NCBI GenBank assembly: GCA_964415895.1
Contig: CAYQCC010000003.1
Span: 3,053-67,052 of the forward strand
Reading direction: 5' to 3'
Source: an uncultured Candidatus Saccharibacteria bacterium
Lineage (GTDB): Bacteria > Patescibacteriota > Minisyncoccia > Phycocordibacterales > UBA1006
Length of the DNA stretch: 64,000 nucleotides
Shown here: one piece after another, positions 10,057-18,586 of the stretch
Numbering within the stretch: the stretch's first letter is position 1
Layout: the number at the start of each line of letters is the position of its first letter
Position numbers and translations under genes: made by a program
Notes under the pieces: generated by a model
Told to the model about the DNA's origin: nothing
Database searches by the model: none
The model's input: only the letters and a program-made list of their open reading frames with translations

Positions 10057-12414
10057 ATGAACGAAGCAGAAACAAGAGCAGAAATGATTGACCCAAAACT
10101 AACTGCCCTCGGCTGGGGTGTTGTTGATGGTTCAAAGGTACTCCGTGAATACAACATTACCGCAGGAAAAATAAAGGTTGGAGAAAAGAGGGGTAAGCCA
10201 ATGATTGCTGACTATGTATTGGTCTACAAGGGCGTAAAATTGGCTGTTATTGAGGCAAAATCAGTAAAATTAGATGTGAGTGAAGGTGTGGCACAAGCAA
10301 AGCAATATGCGCTCAAACTAGGTATTCGTACTACCTATGCAACTAATGGTAAAGAAATCTACGCAATTGATACGATGACAGCTGATGAGGGTTCTGTGGA
10401 TACTTTTCTGTCACCAGACGAGCTATGGAATAAAACATTCGAGGTACAAAATGAATGGCGAGAAAAGTTCGCATCGGTCCCATTCGAGGATAAAAGTGGT
10501 TCGTGGTCTCCACGATATTATCAAGAGCTAGCTGTTAAAAACACCCTCGAAGCAGTTGCGAATGGTAAAAACAGAATACTCCTCACACTGGCAACAGGTA
10601 CAGGTAAAACTGCTATTTCATTTCAAATTGCGTGGAAACTATTCCAAACTCGCTGGAATTTGTCAGATAGTGGTACTCGTCGTCCGCGTATTCTATTCCT
10701 TGCGGATAGAAACATATTAGCGGACCAAGCTTTTAATGCCTTCTCTGCATTTCCTGAAGACGCACTGGTACGCATTAATCCCAAGGAAATACGCAAAGGA
10801 GGTAAAGTTCCCACAAATGGAAGTATTTTCTTTACCATATTCCAAACGTTTATGAGTGGAACAGATAGTGAAGGAAACCCTGCTCCGTATTTTGGAGAAT
10901 ATCCGCCAGATTATTTTGATTTTATTATTATCGATGAGTGTCACCGCGGAGGTGCAAATGATGAGAGTAATTGGCGAGGTATTTTAGAGTACTTTTCACC
11001 AGCGGTACAGCTCGGTCTGACAGCTACACCAAAACGAAAAGATAACGTTGATACCTATAAGTACTTTGGTGAACCAGTATACATCTACTCACTCAAAGAA
11101 GGTATTGATGACGGATTTTTGACACCGTTTAAAGTGAAGCGTATCAAAACAACACTTGATGATTATATCTATACGAGCGATGACCAAATCGTTGAGGGTG
11201 AGATTGAGGCAGGAAAACTATATCAGGAAAAAGACTTTAACCGAACCATTGAAATACGTGAACGTGAAGCAAAACGTGTAAAAATCTTTTTAGATGATGC
11301 AAATCAAAACGAAAAAGCAATCATTTTCTGTGCTAATCAAACCCACGCCGCAGTGGTCCGTGATTTAGTAAATCAATACAGTGAAAGTAAGGACCCACAC
11401 TATTGTGTACGCGTAACTGCCAATGATGGCGAAATTGGCGAGCAATTCTTGCGAGAATTCCAAGATAACGAGAAGTTTATACCAACTATTCTAACTACCT
11501 CTCAAAAGCTCTCAACGGGTGTAGATGCTCGTAATATACGAAATGTAGTATTGATGCGCCCTGTGAACTCTATGATTGAATTCAAGCAGATTGTTGGTCG
11601 TGGTACTCGTTTATTTGATGGAAAGGAATTCTTTACTATCTATGACTTTGTTGATGCGTACCATCACTTTGCAGACCCAGAGTGGGACGGTGAACCTGTT
11701 TCAGATGAAGGTGATGTACTTGATGAAAATACTGGTGAAAAGATTAAGAAAGAAAAAGAGCAAGTCGAACGTGAGCCAAAAGTTGATGAAGAAAATACCG
11801 CTCCTAAAAAAGTAAAAGTGAAGCTTCGAAATGGTAAAGAAATGGAAATACAGCATATGGTTGCAACATCGTTTTGGGGAGCAGATGGTAAGCCTGTTTC
11901 TGCTGAAGAGTTCCTCCAAAACCTTTTTGGGGCACTACCACAATTCTTTACCTCTGAAGATGAATTGCGTGACCTATGGGGTAATCCAGTAACGCGTGCT
12001 ACATTACTTGAGAAACTTGAAGAAGCTGGTTATGGAAAAGAAGAACTTGCTTCACTGCAAAAACTTATTGATGCCGAAAAGAGTGATATTTTTGATGTAT
12101 TGGAATATGTTTTTAATAGTGATATCAAGCCTATAACAAGAGAAAATCGTGTCCAGTCTGCACATAATGACATTATGGGGGCCTTGTCAGAGAAACAACA
12201 AGAGTTTATCGATTTCGTACTCCAGAAATATATCGAGACAGGAGTTGAAGAATTAAGTGAAGAAAAACTATCATTGCTCCTTGTGAACAAATACCAGTCA
12301 CTCACAGATGCACAAAGTGCTCTAGGAGATACGACATCTATTCGCTCACTTTTCTTTAATTTCCAAAAGTATTTGTATCGTAAACCGAAACAAGAAACAT
12401 ACACAAAGGTTTAA
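10057..12414 (+). CDS. hsdR: Type I RM restriction subunit R (EcoAI/EcoEI-like)
   Basis: EAETR..IDP, ADY.L..IEAK, ATGTGKT, DECHRG, LTATP, QIVGRGTR, EcoEI-type C-terminal domain. Confidence 0.95.
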   Translation: MNEAETRAEMIDPKLTALGWGVVDGSKVLREYNITAGKIKVGEKRGKPMIADYVLVYKGVKLAVIEAKSVKLDVSEGVAQAKQYALKLGIRTTYATNGKEIYAIDTMTADEGSVDTFLSPDELWNKTFEVQNEWREKFASVPFEDKSGSWSPRYYQELAVKNTLEAVANGKNRILLTLATGTGKTAISFQIAWKLFQTRWNLSDSGTRRPRILFLADRNILADQAFNAFSAFPEDALVRINPKEIRKGGKVPTNGSIFFTIFQTFMSGTDSEGNPAPYFGEYPPDYFDFIIIDECHRGGANDESNWRGILEYFSPAVQLGLTATPKRKDNVDTYKYFGEPVYIYSLKEGIDDGFLTPFKVKRIKTTLDDYIYTSDDQIVEGEIEAGKLYQEKDFNRTIEIREREAKRVKIFLDDANQNEKAIIFCANQTHAAVVRDLVNQYSESKDPHYCVRVTANDGEIGEQFLREFQDNEKFIPTILTTSQKLSTGVDARNIRNVVLMRPVNSMIEFKQIVGRGTRLFDGKEFFTIYDFVDAYHHFADPEWDGEPVSDEGDVLDENTGEKIKKEKEQVEREPKVDEENTAPKKVKVKLRNGKEMEIQHMVATSFWGADGKPVSAEEFLQNLFGALPQFFTSEDELRDLWGNPVTRATLLEKLEEAGYGKEELASLQKLIDAEKSDIFDVLEYVFNSDIKPITRENRVQSAHNDIMGALSEKQQEFIDFVLQKYIETGVEELSEEKLSLLLVNKYQSLTDAQSALGDTTSIRSLFFNFQKYLYRKPKQETYTKV

Positions 12415-12628
12415 GTGGTAGAAATTATATCTCCAAAAGATAACGTCATAACAAGGCGTTATTTTTTGTAGATTAAGTTTTCTATAAAGTTTACGTGTCT
12501 TGTCTAATCTTACGGAGTTTTTGTTTAATTATCTTGATTATTTCGGGTGCTTGGTTGCTCATTCATTCATTTTCTTTGGTTATTATTTTTAGAACATCTT
12601 TACAAGTTTTGGAGTAAGAATTTTTTAT

Positions 12629-12848
12629 ATAGTCTATGATAGGCTATCGATAGTCTATCGTTTACTATCTTTAGATATATTGCTTATGCTTACGCTTCTT
12701 TCAATATTGCTTTCCGAACATCATCCCACGTTCGGAGTAGGGATATTTGTTTTTGTTATAGTCTAAGATAGTCTATAGATAGACTATCTTGTTTATATTT
12801 TACGCTTCTTCTAATATTGCTTGCCGAACATCGTATACCCACTTCCGC
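12629..12848. repeat. Tandemly duplicated element end: ATAGTCTA-type 10-11-bp repeats plus a 33-bp repeat encoding recombinase-like C-termini
   Basis: TTACGCTTCTTtcAATATTGCTTtCCGAACATC (12690-12722) vs TTACGCTTCTTctAATATTGCTTgCCGAACATC (12800-12832); minus strand reads LRTWDDVRKAILKEA* and WRKWVYDVRQAILEEA*. Confidence 0.85.
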
Positions 12849-12908
12849 CAAGAGAATAAAGTATCGGAGCTGACTCACTTGCCTCAAATGAGTGATAATG
12901 CCCTGACC

Positions 12909-12938
12909 AGTAAAAAGCACGGTTTCGTGCTTTTTACT
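12909..12938 (+). terminator. Intrinsic terminator, probably the original tRNA-Ser terminator
   Basis: AGTAAAAAGCACG-gttt-CGTGCTTTTTACT about 60 nt after the right att core. Confidence 0.7.
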
Positions 12939-12951
12939 TTAAAATTGATAT

Positions 12952-13113
12952 ATGGAAACAAAAGAAAATGAAAAAACTGAGGAAGAGATTATTATCGACA
13001 ACGAATTGGACTATCTTGCGGAAGTTCTAGTAGAAGCATTCTTAGAAGAGAAAGGGTATGAGTCAATTGATTGGTTGTATCAAAAGAAGATTTGGCAAAA
13101 AAGAAAGAAATAG
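12952..13113 (+). CDS. Small hypothetical protein (53 aa)
   Basis: Hand translation METKENEKTEEEIIIDNELDYLAEVLVEAFLEEKGYESIDWLYQKKIWQKRKK*. Confidence 0.6.
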   Translation: METKENEKTEEEIIIDNELDYLAEVLVEAFLEEKGYESIDWLYQKKIWQKRKK

Positions 13114-13146
13114 ATTTTTTAGGTCAATTCATGGTAGGCTAAAAAT

Positions 13147-14241
13147 ATGCCTAGATGTATTTATTGTTTGAAAACAAGTCCAGAAGTTACTTTCGACACA
13201 ACGGAACATGTAATCCCTCAGTCTTTTGGTACTTACGAACCATTAACTCCTACTCTCGAGGAGCTAGTTTGTGATTCGTGCAATTCATTGTTTTCAAAAC
13301 TTGAAACCAAATTAAGAGAAGATACCTTTGAGGGTGTTTTTGGGCAAAGACTTAACTTTCAAAATAAAAACAGTATCACCATAAGAAATAAAAATTTCAA
13401 GATTACTTCTTTAAGTGAATTTAAAGATCCAATGTTTACTAGAACATTTTTTCTTTTTAAAATTGAAGATGAAAAGATTGTGCCTGATATCAAACCTCAC
13501 ATAACTATTAAAATGAAAAATGGCGGGTATAGAGTATTTCTTATAGAAGCACTGAAAAGAATAGAGAAAGATACCAGCAGGTTCAATAAGCTTAAAAAAG
13601 ATATATCAAAACTGAGCAAAGAAGACATTTGGATTTTTGTCCCTAGAGATGATGCTTCTTTGAAAGAAGCGGAGTCGATATTAAAAGATTACGGTATTGA
13701 ATATACAGAAAAGAGTAGAGGTATAGCTGGAGAAGAAACTCCGGAAGCAGTCGAAGTCATAGAGGATTACCAAGGTGTTGTAGATAAAGAAATTTGCAGG
13801 GTTTTAGCAAAAATAGTTTTTAACTATTTTACGTATTGTGCTAAAGAACAAGGAATGGCTGATTTGGTCTTCAGTCCAAATTTTGATCCTATTCGAAACT
13901 TTATTTTAAATGGCGCTGGATATAGTGATACTTTTGTACATATGCCCGAGAGGCGAATTCTAGGGCAAGAGGTTGGAACTAATAGGTATGTCTTTGGTCA
14001 TACGGTATGTTTCGGAGAAGATGAGGCAGGGAAAGTTTATTGTCACTTAGTTCTTTTCAGTTTTCGGCCTTACACAATATCTCTGGGAATTCTTCCGCAA
14101 GAAATAAAAAATCAATTATTTGGCTGCGGGCATGTTTTTGATCCTGTAACAAAACGAATTGAAAATATTGCTCAAAATACACAACCCCGCATGCCTGATG
14201 CTCTCGATCTGTCTTTTGGACTATATAAAAGATTTAGATAG
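13147..14241 (+). CDS. HNH endonuclease-domain protein
   Basis: CIYC...EHVIPQSFG...VCDSCNS N-terminal Zn-HNH, plus long C-terminal domain with LAKI.FNY motif. Confidence 0.85.
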   Translation: MPRCIYCLKTSPEVTFDTTEHVIPQSFGTYEPLTPTLEELVCDSCNSLFSKLETKLREDTFEGVFGQRLNFQNKNSITIRNKNFKITSLSEFKDPMFTRTFFLFKIEDEKIVPDIKPHITIKMKNGGYRVFLIEALKRIEKDTSRFNKLKKDISKLSKEDIWIFVPRDDASLKEAESILKDYGIEYTEKSRGIAGEETPEAVEVIEDYQGVVDKEICRVLAKIVFNYFTYCAKEQGMADLVFSPNFDPIRNFILNGAGYSDTFVHMPERRILGQEVGTNRYVFGHTVCFGEDEAGKVYCHLVLFSFRPYTISLGILPQEIKNQLFGCGHVFDPVTKRIENIAQNTQPRMPDALDLSFGLYKRFR

Positions 14242-14430
14242 CCTCTTCAGTTAAAAGAGTAAGTTCTTTATCCATATAAACAATCCTAGCTCTCAGATTC
14301 GCCAGCAGTTCTCGCTTCTCAATCACCGTGCCTTCTTTTAGAATATACTTCGCATAGTTCCGTATATCGGTATCTTTTCTGTTCTCAACCTTGTCCGTGC
14401 TTCCAAGCACGGATCTTTGGAATATGTTAA
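14234..14430 (-). pseudogene. C-terminal remnant of a second large serine recombinase
   Basis: Minus frame NIFQRSVLGSTDKVENRKDTDIRNYAKYILKEGTVIEKRELLANLRARIVYMDKELTLLTEEAI*, no start, upstream TAG. G...EKR.LL..L...IV resembles the GSYEAKRRVLTALGSNIVW segment of the intact recombinase. Confidence 0.7.
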
Positions 14431-14439
14431 AATACCCCT

Positions 14440-14850
14440 ATGAACTCAATTGCCCATATAGAAGTTAATGTTACAGATCTACAAACCTCAACAAAATTAT
14501 GGAATCTATTTATTTCTCATCTTGGATGGGAGCAATTCGATGTCGATGACCCTTTGGTAACTGGATTCAAAGGTTTGGATAAAACACACATATTTCTTGT
14601 TCAGACAGACCAAGAGTTTATAGGCAACGGATATCATCGTAAAAACATTGGATTAAATCACTTTGCTTTTAGAACAGATTCATTAGAAAAAGTAGATTTG
14701 TTCGCATCTTTTCTTAAAGAAAATGATATTCCTACTCTATATGGTGAAGGTCCAAAAGATTATTCTTTAGAGTATGGGCAAGAAAAGTATTATGCAGTTT
14801 TCTTTGAGGATCCTGACCGAATAAAAATTGAAGTAGTTTTTTGCAAGTAG
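14440..14850 (+). CDS. VOC family (glyoxalase/bleomycin resistance) protein
   Basis: HIEVNV.DL, GLNHFAF, YYAVFFEDPDRIKIE. Confidence 0.9.
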   Translation: MNSIAHIEVNVTDLQTSTKLWNLFISHLGWEQFDVDDPLVTGFKGLDKTHIFLVQTDQEFIGNGYHRKNIGLNHFAFRTDSLEKVDLFASFLKENDIPTLYGEGPKDYSLEYGQEKYYAVFFEDPDRIKIEVVFCK

Positions 14851-14858
14851 ACTATAAT

Positions 14859-14890
14859 ATAAAAACACACGATCGCTCGTGTATTTTTAT
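14859..14890. terminator. Bidirectional terminator (AAAAACAC...GTGT.TTTT family)
   Basis: Hairpin with A/T tails between convergent genes. Confidence 0.8.
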
Positions 14891-14892
14891 TC

Positions 14893-15360
14893 TTATTTCT
14901 CCAAATCCTTGATAACAATCTTTCTCATCGTCATCATCTGCTGCATAGCATAACTTGCAACTTCTTTGTCGGCGCTTGTGTTTAACTCAAGCAATCTTTT
15001 GGGAGTTACTTGCCACGACAGTCCATACTTATCTTTACACCAACCGCAAGCACTTTCTGCGCCGTCTTTTGTAAAAGCGTCCCAGTAGTAATCTGTTTCT
15101 TCTTGATCTTCTGTCGTAATCATTAATGAAATAGAATCATTGAAATCAACATATCGTTTTGCACCCATAAAATGATATGTATTTCCAAAGAGTTTTACTG
15201 TGGCCATTTCAACTTTCTGCTCTGGCGTGTCTAACATGACATTGTGCATGACTTCTTCAAAATATACCTTTCCATCTCTGTTAAAGATGCCTTGATAATA
15301 ATTGATTACCTCTTTCAAACTCTGATCAAACCAGAAAAACGATGTAAGTTTGTTTTCCAT
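14893..15360 (-). CDS. VOC/PhnB-like protein (3-demethylubiquinone-9 3-methyltransferase-like family)
   Basis: FNDSISL, DQEETDYYW, ACGWCKDKYGLSWQ. Confidence 0.9.
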   Translation of the reverse strand: MENKLTSFFWFDQSLKEVINYYQGIFNRDGKVYFEEVMHNVMLDTPEQKVEMATVKLFGNTYHFMGAKRYVDFNDSISLMITTEDQEETDYYWDAFTKDGAESACGWCKDKYGLSWQVTPKRLLELNTSADKEVASYAMQQMMTMRKIVIKDLEK

Positions 15361-15367
15361 ATAATTA

Positions 15368-15790
15368 TTATTTAGTTGAATAATCCACCATCCACTCTAC
15401 TCCGTACTTGTCCCGAAACATTCCAAAGTAGGAACCCCAAGGACTGTCGCCCATAGGAAATTCAACAGCTCCTCCAGCTGAAAGCGCATTGAATAATTTG
15501 TCTGCCTCTTCTTTGCTTTCACAATTGATTGAAATTTTGCTTCGATTTTCGTTTTCATTAGTTCGTCCCATAAATGATGGAACATCGTTTCCCATCAAGA
15601 CATTGCCGCCGATAGGAAGCGCGATATGCATGATCTTCTCTGCGTCTTCGTCTCCCACAGGATTCTCGGCGGTTGCCATATCCTTGAAGCGAGCCACGGT
15701 CGCAAATTCTCCGCCAAAGGCAGATTTATAAAAATTGAATGCTTCTTCGGCATTTCCGTTGAAGTTTATTGAAGGATTGATTGTTGCCAT
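15368..15790 (-). CDS. VOC/PhnB family protein
   Basis: FNGNAEEAFNFY..AFGG, IMH, WGSYFG..RDKYGV.W. Confidence 0.9.
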   Translation of the reverse strand: MATINPSINFNGNAEEAFNFYKSAFGGEFATVARFKDMATAENPVGDEDAEKIMHIALPIGGNVLMGNDVPSFMGRTNENENRSKISINCESKEEADKLFNALSAGGAVEFPMGDSPWGSYFGMFRDKYGVEWMVDYSTK

Positions 15791-15919
15791 AATTTTAAAG
15801 GTTATTTGTTAATAGATGTATTTTACCATTTTTTATTATCTTTAGGCAAAATATGTGTATTTTTCTTAGAGCATGCCCTGTGCTATACCACCCTTCTATT
15901 AACCAATAATTATAACTAT

Positions 15920-16411
15920 ATGTATACAAAACAAGACTTTATTAACTCATTTGCGTACGATATGAGCATTATTAACCACTTGATCGAGAAAATTCCCGCT
16001 GATAAATACGACTTTAAATTGATGGATAATCAACGAGCAGTTACTGATTTGCTTCACTACCTTAGTTCAATCTTTTCAGACACATTACAAGTAATGAAAG
16101 CTAATGATCAAGATTTATATAAAACACTTCCAAAAGCTCCGGCAATTACTCCAGAAAATGCGATTGCGCAGATGAACGCAGAAGTAGCAAAGGTACAGGA
16201 ACTTCTTGCAACGTGGACAGATGAAGATTTGAAGGCTCCGATTTCATTATTCGGTGGACCAGAAATGTCTAAAGGTACTATGCTGGTAGATTATCTATTA
16301 CAATGGGCAGCTGCATATAAAATGCAATTGTTCCTGTACATCAAACAAATGGGAGCCACTGTTGGTACCAGCAACGTTTGGGGCGGTATGGACATGCCAG
16401 AAATTAAATAA
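15920..16411 (+). CDS. DinB-like hypothetical protein
   Basis: IP...YDFK....R...LLHYL and YKMQLFLYIK motifs; ATG 15920 preferred over TTG 15806. Confidence 0.7.
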   Translation: MYTKQDFINSFAYDMSIINHLIEKIPADKYDFKLMDNQRAVTDLLHYLSSIFSDTLQVMKANDQDLYKTLPKAPAITPENAIAQMNAEVAKVQELLATWTDEDLKAPISLFGGPEMSKGTMLVDYLLQWAAAYKMQLFLYIKQMGATVGTSNVWGGMDMPEIK

Positions 16412-16413
16412 TT

Positions 16414-18156
16414 ATGCAGACACTTTATAATTACCTTAAAAAATATTGGAAATTGTGTGTTGCCGTATTGGTGTTGGCCCTGATTAATCAGTTCTTCTCA
16501 CTACTTGAACCCTATATCACGCAACAGCTGATTGACCGATATGCCAGCCATTATAAAGATTTTACACAGCATGAATTTCTGCTTGGTATCGGATTATTCG
16601 TTCTTGCATTTATCGGAACCGCATTCATTTCACGTGTTGCAAAGAATTTCCAGGATTATTATTTAAACACTGTCAGTAAACGATCCGGCGCCGACATGTA
16701 TCGCGAAGGAGTGAAGCATTCGCTCGCGCTGCCGTACAGCGTTTTTGAAGATGAACGATCTGGAGAAACTCTTGGAAAGCTACAGAAGGCGCGACAGGAT
16801 ACGGAAAATCTAATGCTTCAAATCGTAAACTCGATATTCGTTTCGGTTCTTATTTTTATATTCATTGCCGTGTATTCGGCTACGATCTACTGGCTCATTC
16901 CAATCGCGTTTTTTAGTATGGTGTTCCTTGTTGGTGGAATCAGCGCGTTCATGTCTCGTCGCATCAAGAAGATCCAGACTACGATCGTTGCGGAAACAAC
17001 TGCACTTGCTGGGTCTACCACAGAATCGCTACGAAATATCGAGCTTGTAAAATCGCTCGGCCTTGCAGGACAGGAAGTCGATCGCCTAAACATGGTTACG
17101 GAAAAGATTTTGAAACTGGAACTTAAGAAATTGCGTTATCTACGATCTTTGGATTTCGTCCAAGGAACAATTATGAATGCTGTTCGCGCAGCGCTTCTGT
17201 TCTTCCTATTCTACCTGATTTATATAGAGACAATTACGCTTGGTCAGTACTTCTCGCTCAGCATCTATACATTCTTCCTATTCTTCCCATTACAGCAGAT
17301 CGCACCATTTATTGCTGCATATCGCGAGACAGAAGCATCACTTGCAAATTATGAAAAGCTGATGAACACATCACCGGAACCGAACCCAGAAAGCGCAAAA
17401 GCAATTGGCGATGTAACGAAACTTGAATTTAATAATGTTTCATTTGGTTACGGCACCGCAACTACGAAAGCTCTTTCGGATATATCGTACAATGTACAGC
17501 AAGGAAAAACGATTGCATTCGTTGGTCCGTCTGGATCTGGAAAAACATCGCTTGTGAAATTATTGGTTGGTTTGTATATTCCAACAGATGGTGCAATTTT
17601 GTACAACAATATCCGCCACGACGAAATTAACAAGGAAGAACTTCGCAAGCAGATCGGATTTGTTACCCAAGACACGCAATTATTTTCGGGAACAATTCGC
17701 GAGAACTTATTATTTGTGAACCCAAATGCAACAGACGATGAATGTTTGGATGTACTGAACAAAGCACAGTGTCAAAACTTGCTTTCTCGCGGTGGACAAG
17801 GTCTCGACACAGTAATCGGTGAAGGTGGCGTAAAAGTTTCTGGTGGTGAAAAACAACGACTATCAATTGCTCGCGCACTGTTGCGCAAGCCAAAAGTTTT
17901 GGTATTCGATGAGGCGACATCAGCTCTTGATTCATTGACCGAGGAAGAAATCGGAAAAACTATTCGTGATGTATCTCAATTAAAATCTCATATTACCATT
18001 TTGATTGCACACCGACTTTCAACAATCATGCATGCAGATTGTATCTATGTTCTTGAGAAAGGATCTATTATAGAATCTGGAACTCATACACAATTGATCG
18101 AAGAAAAAGGTTTGTACAGCGCTATGTGGCGCCAGCAAGTCGGGGAACGAAACTAG
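16414..18156 (+). CDS. ABC exporter, fused permease/ATPase (MsbA/multidrug type)
   Basis: 6 TM helices; GPSGSGKT, VSGGEKQR, FDEATSALD, IAHRLST. Confidence 0.95.
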   Translation: MQTLYNYLKKYWKLCVAVLVLALINQFFSLLEPYITQQLIDRYASHYKDFTQHEFLLGIGLFVLAFIGTAFISRVAKNFQDYYLNTVSKRSGADMYREGVKHSLALPYSVFEDERSGETLGKLQKARQDTENLMLQIVNSIFVSVLIFIFIAVYSATIYWLIPIAFFSMVFLVGGISAFMSRRIKKIQTTIVAETTALAGSTTESLRNIELVKSLGLAGQEVDRLNMVTEKILKLELKKLRYLRSLDFVQGTIMNAVRAALLFFLFYLIYIETITLGQYFSLSIYTFFLFFPLQQIAPFIAAYRETEASLANYEKLMNTSPEPNPESAKAIGDVTKLEFNNVSFGYGTATTKALSDISYNVQQGKTIAFVGPSGSGKTSLVKLLVGLYIPTDGAILYNNIRHDEINKEELRKQIGFVTQDTQLFSGTIRENLLFVNPNATDDECLDVLNKAQCQNLLSRGGQGLDTVIGEGGVKVSGGEKQRLSIARALLRKPKVLVFDEATSALDSLTEEEIGKTIRDVSQLKSHITILIAHRLSTIMHADCIYVLEKGSIIESGTHTQLIEEKGLYSAMWRQQVGERN

Positions 18157-18159
18157 TTT

Positions 18160-18188
18160 AATAAAACACGCTTTATGCGTGTTTTATT
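18160..18188. terminator. Bidirectional terminator
   Basis: AATAAAACACGC-tttat-GCGTGTTTTATT. Confidence 0.85.
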
Positions 18189-18582
18189 TTTGTATCATTT
18201 CCAAACGTCCTTTTCGCTTTGTGATATTTTTATAATCCCATTGAATCTCTTTCGCTTTTTTCAGCCATCGCTTCAAGTGAGTAATCTTTATTTGTTTTAG
18301 ATCTGCATAATTTATCTCTGCTGCCTTAAAAGATCCTTCTGGTTTTAAATCTGGTTCATCGAATGATTGTCCACTCCAAAATAGTAATTGAACATCACCT
18401 TTCTTTCTCACCCAATATCCAACAATGGGATTTTCATCAATAAACCATACGGGTCTGCCGTGCCAGACTTTTGAAGTGCTTTTCTTAAGACTGGCATTAA
18501 TAGTAGTTTCCAGAACATCACAGATTTCTTTGATGTTCTTTGGTTGAGATTTATTGTATTCAGTAATGGTTTTAGTGTTCAT
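18184..18582 (-). CDS. DUF1801 (YdhG-like) protein
   Basis: KVWHGRPVWF...NPIVGY...LLFWSGQSF. Confidence 0.85.
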   Translation of the reverse strand: MNTKTITEYNKSQPKNIKEICDVLETTINASLKKSTSKVWHGRPVWFIDENPIVGYWVRKKGDVQLLFWSGQSFDEPDLKPEGSFKAAEINYADLKQIKITHLKRWLKKAKEIQWDYKNITKRKGRLEMIQK

Positions 18583-18586
18583 ATGA

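Larger units (their letters stand above)
233..12848. mobile_element. tRNA-Ser-integrated serine-recombinase element carrying defence genes
   Basis: Recombinase 3' end overlaps the tRNA. Core TCCGC at 233-237 and 12844-12848; joining the flanks restores tRNA ...CCG-CCA followed by a terminator. Cargo is HEPN, RM and Shedu. Confidence 0.8.

Noticed and set aside
12629-12848. Possible mini-CRISPR array
   Set aside because: Only two imperfect 33-bp repeats with a 77-bp gap and no cas genes; the repeats read as coding tails
238-12848. Intact prophage or conjugative element
   Set aside because: No capsid, terminase, tail, relaxase or T4SS genes in the element
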